64,000 nucleotides of DNA from an uncultured Mycoplasmatota bacterium (GTDB taxonomy: Bacteria > Bacillota_I > Bacilli_A > RF39 > UBA660): positions 103 through 64,102 of the forward strand of contig CANRVY010000005.1 of assembly GCA_947643405.1 (NCBI GenBank). The letters run 5' to 3'. The position numbers were made by a program, and so were the translations under genes. Positions 38,668 through 48,988 of this stretch are shown here, piece after piece. The notes beneath the pieces are model-generated. The model was not told where the DNA came from and made no database searches. It saw only the letters and a program-made list of their open reading frames with translations. Numbering within the stretch: the first letter of the stretch is position 1; each line of letters starts with the position of its first letter.

Positions 38668-38685
38668 AATGAAAGGAAGATATCT

Positions 38686-39372
38686 ATGTTAAAAATGATT
38701 TCTTATCAAGAAATTGAAGGAAAGTATGACATTCATAATTCTATCTGGGGATGTAGTGCGAAAGCATTTCATATGCATGGGGAATTTCAAGGACATGTCT
38801 ATAAAAACTATTTAAGACCGATTTTAGAAAATCAATTGACCTCTAGAGGAATTACTTATTTAGAACATTTAACAAATTTATCAGAAATTCAATCAGAAGA
38901 AATGATGAGTACCAAATTCGTTGTCGTAAACCCACTTGCTATTTTAGGAATTATCATGAAAAAAGCGCCTGGGAAATTGCTTGTTAAGCAAGATGTTTCC
39001 ATTGAACAAGTAATGTCTTCTAACAATAATATTAGAGAAGGAATTTTAGATATTTCCTCTCATTTTGAAATATTTGATTTAAATGAAGGTTCTATATTTT
39101 ATAGTCAAGAAAGAGGTACTACTTTAGTTGACCTAGAAAGCTATATGGAATCAGATTCTGATAATACACATAAAAATCTAATTGCATTCTATTCTAAAGT
39201 AGCTGAAGTTCTTCATTATACTCCTGAATTATTAGAATTGATTAATGAACAGTTGAGAAGAAGTCCAGACCGCTGTAGAATGGAAGTCATTTATGATGTT
39301 GTAAAACAATACTTAAATTATCATCAATTACAAGAACAAGATGCCAAACAATATACAAAAAAGAGGTTTTAA
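38686..39372 (+). CDS. Hypothetical protein (228 aa)
   Basis: ORF with a good RBS and no recognised motif. Confidence 0.45.
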   Translation: MLKMISYQEIEGKYDIHNSIWGCSAKAFHMHGEFQGHVYKNYLRPILENQLTSRGITYLEHLTNLSEIQSEEMMSTKFVVVNPLAILGIIMKKAPGKLLVKQDVSIEQVMSSNNNIREGILDISSHFEIFDLNEGSIFYSQERGTTLVDLESYMESDSDNTHKNLIAFYSKVAEVLHYTPELLELINEQLRRSPDRCRMEVIYDVVKQYLNYHQLQEQDAKQYTKKRF

Positions 39373-39382
39373 ATCGCCTCTT

Positions 39383-41041
39383 TTAAAATAATCCAATAAT
39401 TTCATTATCTATAACATCAATTTGCTCATAGTTTGGTCTCTTTGGAAGTCCTGGCATTGTCATAATGTCTCCAAGTAAAATTGTTATAAATTTGGCTCCT
39501 GCATAAAGTCTAATATCTTTTACATGGAGCTCATAATCGGTTGGATTTCCTAACTTATTTGGGTCATCTGATAAAGAATATTGGGTTTTGGCAACACAGA
39601 TTGGATATTGCTCATATTTTGTATTTTTTAATCTTTCTATTTTTTCTTTGGCTTCTTCTGAATAGCAAACCCCATTCGCGTGATAGATATTTTTAGCAAG
39701 TTTTTCTAACTTTTCTTCTATGGAGTCTTCAAGCTCATATTGATACTTTAAATCATGCTTTTCTTCACTCAACTCTAATACTTTCTTTGCCAAAGATATT
39801 GCCCCTTCACCACCATTTACATAAGCAGTACTTGCCTCTAATGAAACCTGAAGTTCAGCACAAATGTCTTTTAACGTTTTAATTTCTTCTTCTGTATCCG
39901 TTTGATATTGATTTAAACAAACCACGATTGGAATTTCAAATTGTTTTAAATTGCAAATATGCGCTTTTAAATTTGCTACTCCTATTTTAATTGCTTCTAT
40001 ATTTTCTTTTAAAATGTCTTCTTTTTTTATTCCTGCATTATATTTTAATGATTTTAAAGTAGCTACTAAAACAATAGCTGAGGGAGTTAAATTCCCTACT
40101 CTACATTTTATATCTAAAAATTTTTCAGCTCCTAAATCAGAACCAAAACCAGCTTCTGTAATAACATAATCAGATAATTTTAGAGCAAGCTCTGTTGCAA
40201 TCAAACTATTACACCCATGAGCAATATTAGCAAATGGCCCTCCATGAACAAGCGCTGGATTACCCTCTAATGTTTGTACTAAATTAGGTTTGATAGCATC
40301 TTTTAAAACAGCCATCATACTTCCTGTAATATGAAGTTGTCCAGCTAAAACTGGAGTCCCTTCATAAGTATAGCCAATGACAATTTCGTCAATTCTATTT
40401 TTTAAATCTTCCAAATCTTTTGCTAGACAAAATAATGTCATAATTTCACTTGCAGCAGTGATATTAAAATGTTCTTCTCGTTTCGTTTCTCTATCACTAG
40501 AAAATCCTATTTTTGTGCTTCTTAAAGCTCTATCATTCATATCCAAGCATCTTGAGAACGATATGGTTTCAGGATTTATATTTAGTTCATTTCCAAAATA
40601 TAAATGATTATCTATTGCTGCACATAACAAATTATTTGCTGTTGTAATTGCATGAAAATCTCCTGTAAAGTGCAAATTAATTTCTTCCATCGGAACAATT
40701 TGAGAATAGCCTCCCCCAGTTGCTCCTCCTTTCATTCCAAATACAGGACCTAATGATGGTTCTCTTAAAGCAAGAATTGCATTTTTCCCTAATTTACATA
40801 AAGCATCATCTAATCCAATACTAACTGTCGTTTTCCCTTCTCCATAAGGTGTTGGAGATATGGCTGTTACCAAAATCAATTTTCCTTTTTTCTCGCCTTT
40901 TATTTTGTTTCCGTCTATTTTAGCCTTATCATTTCCATAACGTTCTAAATCATCATTTAAAACTCCAATTTTTTTCGCGATTTCTTCTATTTTTAAAGGA
41001 GAAATACGATGCGCTATTTCGATATCTGTCATTCTTATCAC
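39383..41041 (-). CDS. fhs: Formate--tetrahydrofolate ligase
   Basis: N-terminus MTDIEIAHRI...I.KIEEIA.K.G, PTPYGEGKTTVSIGL P-loop. 552 aa. Confidence 0.9.
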   Translation of the reverse strand: MIRMTDIEIAHRISPLKIEEIAKKIGVLNDDLERYGNDKAKIDGNKIKGEKKGKLILVTAISPTPYGEGKTTVSIGLDDALCKLGKNAILALREPSLGPVFGMKGGATGGGYSQIVPMEEINLHFTGDFHAITTANNLLCAAIDNHLYFGNELNINPETISFSRCLDMNDRALRSTKIGFSSDRETKREEHFNITAASEIMTLFCLAKDLEDLKNRIDEIVIGYTYEGTPVLAGQLHITGSMMAVLKDAIKPNLVQTLEGNPALVHGGPFANIAHGCNSLIATELALKLSDYVITEAGFGSDLGAEKFLDIKCRVGNLTPSAIVLVATLKSLKYNAGIKKEDILKENIEAIKIGVANLKAHICNLKQFEIPIVVCLNQYQTDTEEEIKTLKDICAELQVSLEASTAYVNGGEGAISLAKKVLELSEEKHDLKYQYELEDSIEEKLEKLAKNIYHANGVCYSEEAKEKIERLKNTKYEQYPICVAKTQYSLSDDPNKLGNPTDYELHVKDIRLYAGAKFITILLGDIMTMPGLPKRPNYEQIDVIDNEIIGLF

Positions 41042-41089
41042 CTAACTTCATTATACTAAACCTAAAGAAAAAAAGAAAGCCATTACTTT

Positions 41090-41734
41090 CTATACATGTG
41101 GATTCCAACTTTTTAAATATTCTAAACTTGCTTTTTCTTGACTCTCTACCAAAGAAAGTGCAGAAGGACCCATTCTTCTAACTTGTTCTTGAAGTCCAAA
41201 AATAGCAAGTATCTCCCTTCCTTTTTCCCATGTTAATTTATAAGAACCTGGAGACATCGCATCATAATTATTACTATAGAGACGCTCCATAACTGATTTT
41301 GCGAAATTTCCTTCCATACTATAATTGCTGATTGCATTTGCTTCCTTTATATAATCTTTTAAAAACCATTCAATCATTCGATTTGAAAACGCTTTAAAAC
41401 ATGTAATTTGATTTAACAAGAAAAAGCCTTCTAACCATTTCAACTTTTTTTCTAAAATACTTGTTGCTCTATTTATGTTAGTAAGCATATCAAACATGAT
41501 AATAAAACGAACCTCACTTTGTTCTCTGCTAAAATAGTCCAATCCTTTTTCACGAAATTGCTCTTCTAATTCTAAAATCTTCTTTTGGTAAATGTCCCCA
41601 ATATTTAACATTCTTACTTCAAAGCCTGTCATCGTAGAAATTTGGCATACCAAACTGGTCACTGCCGCAGCAAGTTGGTTACTGCTTCCTAAAAATTCAT
41701 TTTTCTCATCTAATCTTGTCCATTTTTTTTCCAT
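41090..41734 (-). CDS. Hypothetical protein (214 aa)
   Basis: ORF only. Its start overlaps the dacA-like gene by 29 bp. Confidence 0.4.
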   Translation of the reverse strand: MEKKWTRLDEKNEFLGSSNQLAAAVTSLVCQISTMTGFEVRMLNIGDIYQKKILELEEQFREKGLDYFSREQSEVRFIIMFDMLTNINRATSILEKKLKWLEGFFLLNQITCFKAFSNRMIEWFLKDYIKEANAISNYSMEGNFAKSVMERLYSNNYDAMSPGSYKLTWEKGREILAIFGLQEQVRRMGPSALSLVESQEKASLEYLKSWNPHV

Positions 41735-42956
41735 TCTTTTTTCTTCTCCTCATTTTCTTTATTACAAATATCATTGCAATTAGACAAATAATCACGATTC
41801 CAATTGCAAGCTCCATATGTGCTTTTACATATTTTACAATATCAAAGGTAAGCTTTTTTCTTAAAATAATATCTTGTTCATAAACTGTTTCATCTTGGTA
41901 TTTGATTCTGAGAGTCCCCAATTTAGTTCCTACTTGTTCTTTTGATGTAATGACTTTAATTCCATCATATTGATATTTTAAATCTTTCTTTTCAAAATCA
42001 TTGGATAAATATTTTTCTAATGTTTTCTCGGCATAAAAAGAAACATTATCTTCTTTGGTATATAAAGTATTTAAAGTGAGTAGTTTTTCCTTCTTTTCTA
42101 CGATTTTTTGATTTCCATAGTGATTCATAAAATGTTCATATATTGTTTTGGCATCATATAAATTTTTTGGTCCTTCATTATAAGGTGCCCTAGCTGTTAC
42201 AAGCATATAATGAACATTATTCCAAGTAGCAATAGAAGCAAGACACAAACCAGCATCATAAGTGGTTCCTGTTTTTCCGCCTTCTAAATAATCCATTTCA
42301 ATTCCATATCTTCTTTTATTTTTATCAATGGAATTATAAACGACAAATGAATTATCACTTATCTTATAAGAAGAGGAGGTCATAATCTTTTTTAATTCTT
42401 CATTTCTTAAAGCATACTGAAAAATAATGGCTACTTCCTCAACCGTAGAATAATGTTCTTCTTCATCAAGACCAGTTTCGTTCACAAAATGTGTATTTTT
42501 TAGTCCTAAATCCATTGCTTTTTCATTCATTAAGTTGATAAAGTTTACTCTTCCTCCTGCTACATTTCTCGTGAGTGCCTGTGCAGCATCTGCCCCTGAT
42601 GGAAGCAATAATCCATACAGCAAATCACGATATGTTACACGTTGTCCAACTTCAAAACCTGCCACTGAAGCATTGGCTTCTTCTAAACCATAAAAATCTT
42701 CATTTGTTAACGTTATTTTCTCATCCAAATCATTGATATGCTCCATCGCTACAATTGCTGTCATAATTTTTGTCATAGATGCAATTGAAACTTTTTCTTT
42801 AGAAGCTTTTTCATATAAAATTGTATTTTCATCTAAATTATACAAAATAGCATTTTTTGAATGGATATTAAAATCAACTGCTTTCACATTAGAAACGCCT
42901 AAATATAAAGTTAGGATGACTAATACCACACGCAAATATGTTTTCATATCATTCAC
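41706..42956 (-). CDS. Serine-type D-Ala-D-Ala carboxypeptidase (PBP5/DacA-like) with C-terminal membrane anchor
   Basis: Signal peptide, active-site SMTK (SxxK), SGN-like and KTG (GGKTGTT) motifs, C-terminal TM plus basic tail. Confidence 0.8.
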   Translation of the reverse strand: MNDMKTYLRVVLVILTLYLGVSNVKAVDFNIHSKNAILYNLDENTILYEKASKEKVSIASMTKIMTAIVAMEHINDLDEKITLTNEDFYGLEEANASVAGFEVGQRVTYRDLLYGLLLPSGADAAQALTRNVAGGRVNFINLMNEKAMDLGLKNTHFVNETGLDEEEHYSTVEEVAIIFQYALRNEELKKIMTSSSYKISDNSFVVYNSIDKNKRRYGIEMDYLEGGKTGTTYDAGLCLASIATWNNVHYMLVTARAPYNEGPKNLYDAKTIYEHFMNHYGNQKIVEKKEKLLTLNTLYTKEDNVSFYAEKTLEKYLSNDFEKKDLKYQYDGIKVITSKEQVGTKLGTLRIKYQDETVYEQDIILRKKLTFDIVKYVKAHMELAIGIVIICLIAMIFVIKKMRRRKKNGKKMDKIR

Positions 42957-43009
42957 CTCTATAAGTATAATATAAAAGATTTGAAAAAACTAGTATAAAA
43001 AAAAGAAAA

Positions 43010-45022
43010 TTATTTTTTCTTTTCCTTTAATACCTTAACAATTAAGTCAGCTGTCTTTTCTACTCCAAGTAAATCTACATTTAAGCACAATTCATAATGA
43101 CTAGCATCTTTCCATTTCATATCTGTATAATGCTCATAATGTCGCTCTCTTGCTTTATTCACTTTTTCTATTTCTTTTGCTGGATTTTTTGAAATTCCAT
43201 AATATTTCGTTACTCGATTTATTTTGTTTTCTAAATCACTATATAAGAAAATTCTAAAAACATTTTTTTCTTCTTTTAAGATATAGTCTGCACATCTTCC
43301 AACAATAACGCAACTTCCTTTTTTAGAAATTTCTTTGATTGCATTTGATTCTGCTAAAAAAAGAGCATCATCATTACTAATATTTTGAAAGTATGAACGA
43401 TTTAATTCTGATAATAGATTTCCAGCCCTATTTTGTTCTTGGTTTTCTATGTAAGTTGCTGATAAACCACTTTCACTAGATACAATTTCAATTAAGTTTT
43501 TGTCATATAAATGAACCTTTAATTTAGAAGCGAGAAGCTCACCAACATATCTTCCACCTGAGCCATATTCCCGATTGATTGTAATAATTGGACCTTGTTT
43601 TCCCATTCCTATGATTTGTTCTTTTCTAGTTTCTTCCTTTTTTCCGTTTAATTTCCTTACTTCAAAGAATAATAAGGTTCCCGAGATTATGAATGCCAGT
43701 CCATCAGATACTGGTCCTGCATATAAAACTCCCATAACTCCAAATAGTTTTGTCAAAATGAAAGCTGCTGGAATAAAAATCAAAATTTGTCTTGATAGAC
43801 TAAGCAAGGCTGCTTTTCCTGATTTTCCAATTGCTTGAAAGAAAATTCCTGATGCAATTTGAATCCCATTAAATATGGTTAGCATTAAAAAGATACGGAA
43901 TGTCAAACATGCAAATTCATTATATAAAGCATCTCCTGAACCAAATATTCCAATTAATTTTTCTGGTATTGTTTGGAATAATAAAAATGCTATGACAGAA
44001 ATCGAAAGGCTAAGTGTCAATACAATTTTTAAAGTCTGCTTTACTCTATCATAATTTCTAGCACCATAATTAAATCCTACAATTGGCTGGCTTCCTGCTG
44101 CTATTCCTATCACAATACTAGATAAAATCTGATTGATTTTCATAACAATTCCAAGAACTGTAATTGGTATTTCACTTCCAAACTTACTAGTCGCACCATA
44201 TTTGCTTAATAAATTATTTTGAACTGCAATAATAATGACAATTGACATTTGGGTTATAAAAGAAGAAATTCCAAGTAAAGATACCCTTTTCGCACTGTCT
44301 ACTGAAAATGTCACAGTCTTCTTATTCATTTCAATTGATTTAAATTTAAATAAATAAGTTATATTCATGATAAATGTCACAAATTGACTGATAATGGTTG
44401 CCAAGGCTGCTCCTTTTACTCCCATATCCAAAACAAAGATGGCAATTGGGTCTAAAATAATATTTAGTATTGCTCCAATTACCATAGAAGCCATGGCATA
44501 TTTTGGTGAACCATCCGCTCTTATAATCGAGTTAAAAGTAGTTCCAATCATCATAAATGGAATTCCAAATGCGATAACATATCCATAATCAAGTGCATAG
44601 TTTTGTAGTTTTTCAGTTGATCCAAATAAATTGATTAAAGTAGGCAAGAAAATCAGTACAAAAATGCAAAAAAGAATTGAAATGATGATGGAAGAAAAGA
44701 TTCCACTCCATACTCCCTTTTCTGCTTCTTCTTTTTTCTTTTCTCCTAGTTTTAAACTTAAATAAGCAGATGTTCCATCTCCAAACATAAGTGCGAAAGC
44801 AAGACAAATAACGGTAATTGGAAAAACCACATTGGTAGCTCCATTTCCTAAATATCCTACTCCCCATCCAATAAAAATTTGGTCTACCATATTATATAAG
44901 GCATTCACTACCAAAGATATAATACATGGAATGGAAAAAGCTTTTAATAATTTGCTTATTTTTTCGTTTCCCAAATCTAATTTTTTCATATACTCCTCCT
45001 TCTTATGTGCGCAAAAAAACAC
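43010..45022 (-). CDS. MATE-family efflux transporter fused to a C-terminal cytidylate kinase-like family domain
   Basis: Twelve predicted TM helices over roughly 450 aa (MATE-like). The C-terminal roughly 200 aa begin ITINREYGSGGRYVGELLASKL, typical of the cytidylate_kin2-like family. Probable true start at MKKLDLGNEK. Confidence 0.6.
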   Translation of the reverse strand: MFFCAHKKEEYMKKLDLGNEKISKLLKAFSIPCIISLVVNALYNMVDQIFIGWGVGYLGNGATNVVFPITVICLAFALMFGDGTSAYLSLKLGEKKKEEAEKGVWSGIFSSIIISILFCIFVLIFLPTLINLFGSTEKLQNYALDYGYVIAFGIPFMMIGTTFNSIIRADGSPKYAMASMVIGAILNIILDPIAIFVLDMGVKGAALATIISQFVTFIMNITYLFKFKSIEMNKKTVTFSVDSAKRVSLLGISSFITQMSIVIIIAVQNNLLSKYGATSKFGSEIPITVLGIVMKINQILSSIVIGIAAGSQPIVGFNYGARNYDRVKQTLKIVLTLSLSISVIAFLLFQTIPEKLIGIFGSGDALYNEFACLTFRIFLMLTIFNGIQIASGIFFQAIGKSGKAALLSLSRQILIFIPAAFILTKLFGVMGVLYAGPVSDGLAFIISGTLLFFEVRKLNGKKEETRKEQIIGMGKQGPIITINREYGSGGRYVGELLASKLKVHLYDKNLIEIVSSESGLSATYIENQEQNRAGNLLSELNRSYFQNISNDDALFLAESNAIKEISKKGSCVIVGRCADYILKEEKNVFRIFLYSDLENKINRVTKYYGISKNPAKEIEKVNKARERHYEHYTDMKWKDASHYELCLNVDLLGVEKTADLIVKVLKEKKK

Positions 45023-45138
45023 AAGTATTTTTGCATGTGTTGTTCGTTATTCATTACACGTTGTAATGTACGTTTCTAATTTGACCAATGCTTTCACATT
45101 TTAGCACACAATTTTTTTTATTTCAAGAGATTTTGTAA

Positions 45139-45162
45139 AAGAAAAAGATGAAAATTTCATCT
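45139..45162 (-). terminator. Intrinsic terminator after the DUF362 gene
   Basis: AGAUGAAA-UUU-UCAUCU hairpin plus a U-run on the minus strand. Confidence 0.5.
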
Positions 45163-46034
45163 TAATCGATGTTTATCAATTCATATTCTCTAGAACCAAT
45201 TCCTTGCTCTACCGCTGCTTCTATTGTAAGTAATCCATTTCTTGATTCAATTCGTTCTATCATATGGTTCTTTCCTGGGTCATTGCAATTATAAATCAAA
45301 TCAATACATGCTTGGTCTAAAGCTACTGGGTCTTTAGAAGCTAAAATACCAATATCTTGCATACATGGGTCCTCTGCTACTCCACAACAATCACAATCTA
45401 CCGACATATTACACATGACATTGATATAGACAATATTATCTTTATAAAAATCAGTAATGGTTTTGGCTGCATCTGCCATTGACTTTAAAAATAAACTTTG
45501 TTCTACTTGAAACATATCATCAAAGCTGGCATGTTCTTTCCCACCTGTATGAATATATCGTTTTCCTTCTGAGGATGCCAAACCTATCGAAAGCTGTTTT
45601 AAAGCTCCTCCATATCCACCCATAGGATGTCCTTTAAAATGTGATAAAACAAGCATAGAGTTATAATCTTTCATTTTTGAACCTACAATGTTTTTTTGAA
45701 TAACGGTTCCTTTTTTATTTTCTAATACTTCTTCCCCTTCACTATCCAAAATATCAACTGTAAAATATTTGCTCCATCCATGTTTCTCCATTAACTTTAT
45801 ATGTTTTTCCGTGGTATCTCTTGCGCCATCGTAAGCAGTATTGCATTCTACTACAGTTCCATTTACATGTTCTACTAGAGATTTTACAAATTCAGGTTTT
45901 AAATAGTTTTGGTTTCCTTCTTCCCCTGAGTGTAATTTCACAGCTACTTTTCCTTGTAATGTCATTCCTAATGCATCATAAATTTTAATTAGACTATCAG
46001 GTGTAAGACTTTTTGTAAATAATACGTTTTCCAT
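45162..46034 (-). CDS. DUF362 domain protein (putative Fe-S binding)
   Basis: KLHSGEEGN...LKPEFV and LSHFKGHPMGGYGGALKQLSIGLAS motifs match DUF362. C-terminal Cys cluster CDCCG...C. Confidence 0.6.
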   Translation of the reverse strand: MENVLFTKSLTPDSLIKIYDALGMTLQGKVAVKLHSGEEGNQNYLKPEFVKSLVEHVNGTVVECNTAYDGARDTTEKHIKLMEKHGWSKYFTVDILDSEGEEVLENKKGTVIQKNIVGSKMKDYNSMLVLSHFKGHPMGGYGGALKQLSIGLASSEGKRYIHTGGKEHASFDDMFQVEQSLFLKSMADAAKTITDFYKDNIVYINVMCNMSVDCDCCGVAEDPCMQDIGILASKDPVALDQACIDLIYNCNDPGKNHMIERIESRNGLLTIEAAVEQGIGSREYELINID

Positions 46035-46093
46035 TTTTATCCCTCCAATAAGATTATATCAATTAAAGTTTACTTTAAGTCAAGAATATCTTG

Positions 46094-46837
46094 TCAATTT
46101 ATTTCAACAATATCTCCTTCTTCTGGGTACATCATATTTTCCTGTTCTATCACAGGAATTGCATCACTTCTATGAATTAAATAAAAATCTTTCTTAGAAT
46201 ATTCTTTCGCATATTCTAAAATTCTAGAAAATCCAATATGAGCTTTTGTAGTATTCATAACCGTTGTATCAATAAAAATTGCATTACTCTCTTTCACTAA
46301 TGTATCTAAATTATCACATTCTGTTGTATCCCCTGTATATGCTATTTTATGGTCTCCTATTTCCAGCAAGTATCCATTGCAAGGAACACAAGTACTATGG
46401 ATGAAAGAAAATGCTTGAATTGTAAAATTCGCTAATTCTATTTTTTCTCCATCTATTTCTTGAAAAACAAGATTGTATTTTTCTTCTATCTTATCATATT
46501 TGTTTGGTTCATTATCTCCGTGTGTAAAATACATCAAATCAATTACTTTTTGTCTTAAACCTTTTGGTCCTATTAAAGTAAGCTCATTTTGTTCTTTTCT
46601 AATATAACGCATCAAAAGAAAGCAAGCAATATCTAAAAAATGGTCTGCATGAAAATGAGTTATTACAATATATTTTATTTTTGATATATCTTTTTTCATG
46701 TCTTTCAGTTTAGCAAGTACTCCAGAACCAATATCAAATAATATTTCATCATTTACTAAAATACTACTATTTCCTCTTGTTAAACTTCCCATCATTCCAG
46801 TACCAATAAAATCAATTTTCATTTTTTTCCTCCTCAT
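46094..46837 (-). CDS. MBL-fold metallo-hydrolase
   Basis: HFHADH (HxHxDH) motif. Confidence 0.7.
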   Translation of the reverse strand: MRRKKMKIDFIGTGMMGSLTRGNSSILVNDEILFDIGSGVLAKLKDMKKDISKIKYIVITHFHADHFLDIACFLLMRYIRKEQNELTLIGPKGLRQKVIDLMYFTHGDNEPNKYDKIEEKYNLVFQEIDGEKIELANFTIQAFSFIHSTCVPCNGYLLEIGDHKIAYTGDTTECDNLDTLVKESNAIFIDTTVMNTTKAHIGFSRILEYAKEYSKKDFYLIHRSDAIPVIEQENMMYPEEGDIVEIN

Positions 46838-47063
46838 ATTTTTTTACATAAGAACAACTATATTTTGTGGTTATTCCCTTTTGTCCAAAATAAGGTAAAG
46901 CATATTCTACCAACTTTTTCGCAATTCCTTTTCCTCTATGATTGGGATTTACATAAGTATGAATAATATCTACTGTATTAGAATCCAAATAGATAAATTC
47001 AATAAATCCCAACACTTCCTCTTTTTCTTCATATAAAATTTTATTATCTTCTATTTTAAACAT
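46812..47063 (-). CDS. Small GNAT-family N-acetyltransferase (YjdJ-like)
   Basis: V.P..RGKGIAKKLV acetyl-CoA binding motif. 83 aa. Confidence 0.55.
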   Translation of the reverse strand: MFKIEDNKILYEEKEEVLGFIEFIYLDSNTVDIIHTYVNPNHRGKGIAKKLVEYALPYFGQKGITTKYSCSYVKKYEEEKNEN

Positions 47064-47083
47064 AAAAGCCTCCTTTTTTAATT

Positions 47084-47803
47084 TTATTTTGCTCTAATAT
47101 ATTTTTGCTCTTTCCATTCCCCAATCATATTTTGTTCTTTTCTAACTTCACAAACCTCAATAAGATTTTGCTTTATGAGTTCATTAATTCGTGTTGAAAA
47201 AAAGATATCTCCATAAAATCCACAAAGTCTTTCTGCCATACATTTTCCAACTAACTTCCAATAACGAACGCTTTCATATTGTTTTAAAATATCTAATATC
47301 CTTTTGTCTAAATAATCAGAGGAAACCGATTTTAGACTGTTGTTATGAATGACTCTTAAATCACTATTTTCTTCTACTAATGCTATCCATTCGTCATTAT
47401 ATTGTTTTTGTTCTGGTTCCTTTATAACAATTGTCTTTTTTTCTAAAGGCCTAATTTCTTTTGCTGTATAACTTCCAACCGAAAAATGATTTTTATCTGT
47501 TACATCACAAGCAAGAATTTGAACGTTTTTCTGATAGAAATAGGAATTTAAAAAGTATAATGTACATACATCTTCATTATCTAATGAAGAATACCAAATG
47601 CGAATTTGCTTTGGATTACATTGTTCTAATTTCTGTAATTGTTTTTTTATTGGTACTTTTATATCTCCTACTGTTTTTTCATTCTGATTTTCCAAATCTT
47701 TGATGTTTCCATAACTTAATAAAAGACAAAAAGAGATAACATTTTCAAAACCTGCTTTTTCTAATAACATTTTTTCGCTTTCGCTAATTGCAATTTCTAA
47801 CAT
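47084..47803 (-). CDS. Hypothetical protein (239 aa)
   Basis: ORF only. Confidence 0.4.
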   Translation of the reverse strand: MLEIAISESEKMLLEKAGFENVISFCLLLSYGNIKDLENQNEKTVGDIKVPIKKQLQKLEQCNPKQIRIWYSSLDNEDVCTLYFLNSYFYQKNVQILACDVTDKNHFSVGSYTAKEIRPLEKKTIVIKEPEQKQYNDEWIALVEENSDLRVIHNNSLKSVSSDYLDKRILDILKQYESVRYWKLVGKCMAERLCGFYGDIFFSTRINELIKQNLIEVCEVRKEQNMIGEWKEQKYIRAK

Positions 47804-47817
47804 ATAAATCCAACTTT

Positions 47818-48165
47818 CTATGACATAATTTTTTCATAATTATCTATTTTATAATCCAATTTCTTTAAAATTTCTGTTAAAACATCAATTTGTTCTTTTA
47901 TTTCTTTTCTTTGTAATTCTAATATCTGTTTTCGTTCTTTTTCTGTGTTTTGAACATTGAGCAATTGCATATATTTTTTTAATCTTTCCATACTCATTCC
48001 AGAATTTCTCATACAAAGTACAAATTCTATATTTGGAAAATTTTCTTCTTTATAATCTCGAATTCCATTCTTTCTTTTGACATCAAGAATAAGGCCTTCT
48101 TGTTCATAATATCTAAGCGTTGCTTCTGATACATGATATCGTTTACTGATTTCTTTAATTGTCAT
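47818..48165 (-). CDS. MerR family transcriptional regulator
   Basis: N-terminal HTH MTIKEISKRYHVSEATLRYYEQEGL with a C-terminal coiled coil. Confidence 0.75.
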   Translation of the reverse strand: MTIKEISKRYHVSEATLRYYEQEGLILDVKRKNGIRDYKEENFPNIEFVLCMRNSGMSMERLKKYMQLLNVQNTEKERKQILELQRKEIKEQIDVLTEILKKLDYKIDNYEKIMS

Positions 48166-48172
48166 ATTTCAC

Positions 48173-48988
48173 CTACTTTGTTTTTTCACTAAAATAAAAA
48201 TACATTGCGTTTCTTAAAATAGAATACATAGTTCCACTTTCATCTAACAGTTGACTTTCTTCACTATCTTTTAAATATTCCTGATAAGTAACTTTTCTAA
48301 TTTCTTCTATTCCATACAATTTATAATAATCTTCTTTATTCATAGATAAATTAGATGTTAAATCAATTACATAATCTCCATCTAATATAAAAGAATGTAG
48401 ATATTTTCCATCTAAGTTTTTATGTGCAAAGGCTGTTACTGCGATATAAGCAGAATTCCGCTCTAATAAAAACATTGCACTTTCATGGCAAGCACTTCTA
48501 ATATCAGCATTATTACTAATAAAGTTATTTGTTGCTTCGTCCAATTGACCATCCAGTTTTCGAAAATGAATTGTTCCTATTTTAGATACAATACGAATTT
48601 CGCCATTTTCTTCTTGGTAATTGCTAATAATACCTCTTTTGATAAGTAGTTCCTTTAAAAATTCTGCATTGCTTCTATTTCTAGTAACAGTTAGTATAAA
48701 AGAAACCAATGTTTCTCTCCAAAGTATAGAAACTGGAATATCAGATATTTCTAAAGCTTGATATAAAATTTCTTCAAACTTATCTAATAAGAAAAAACAA
48801 TTGACATTAAATGCTTCTATTGGATTACTTGTTTTTGCTGCTTCATATAAATTAACTCCCAATAACTTTTGAAGTTCATCAATGACATTTCTGACATTTT
48901 CTTCCCTTTCTTTTTGAAGTTGCGCTTCTAATTCATCTGTCAATTTTGATAATTCCATTTTAGCTCCTCCAATTCGTAACTTCCCCAT
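48173..48988 (-). CDS. Hypothetical protein (roughly 260 aa), overlapping the upstream HD-domain gene
   Basis: ORF only. 29-bp overlap with 48960..49643 suggests translational coupling. Confidence 0.4.
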   Translation of the reverse strand: MGKLRIGGAKMELSKLTDELEAQLQKEREENVRNVIDELQKLLGVNLYEAAKTSNPIEAFNVNCFFLLDKFEEILYQALEISDIPVSILWRETLVSFILTVTRNRSNAEFLKELLIKRGIISNYQEENGEIRIVSKIGTIHFRKLDGQLDEATNNFISNNADIRSACHESAMFLLERNSAYIAVTAFAHKNLDGKYLHSFILDGDYVIDLTSNLSMNKEDYYKLYGIEEIRKVTYQEYLKDSEESQLLDESGTMYSILRNAMYFYFSEKTK

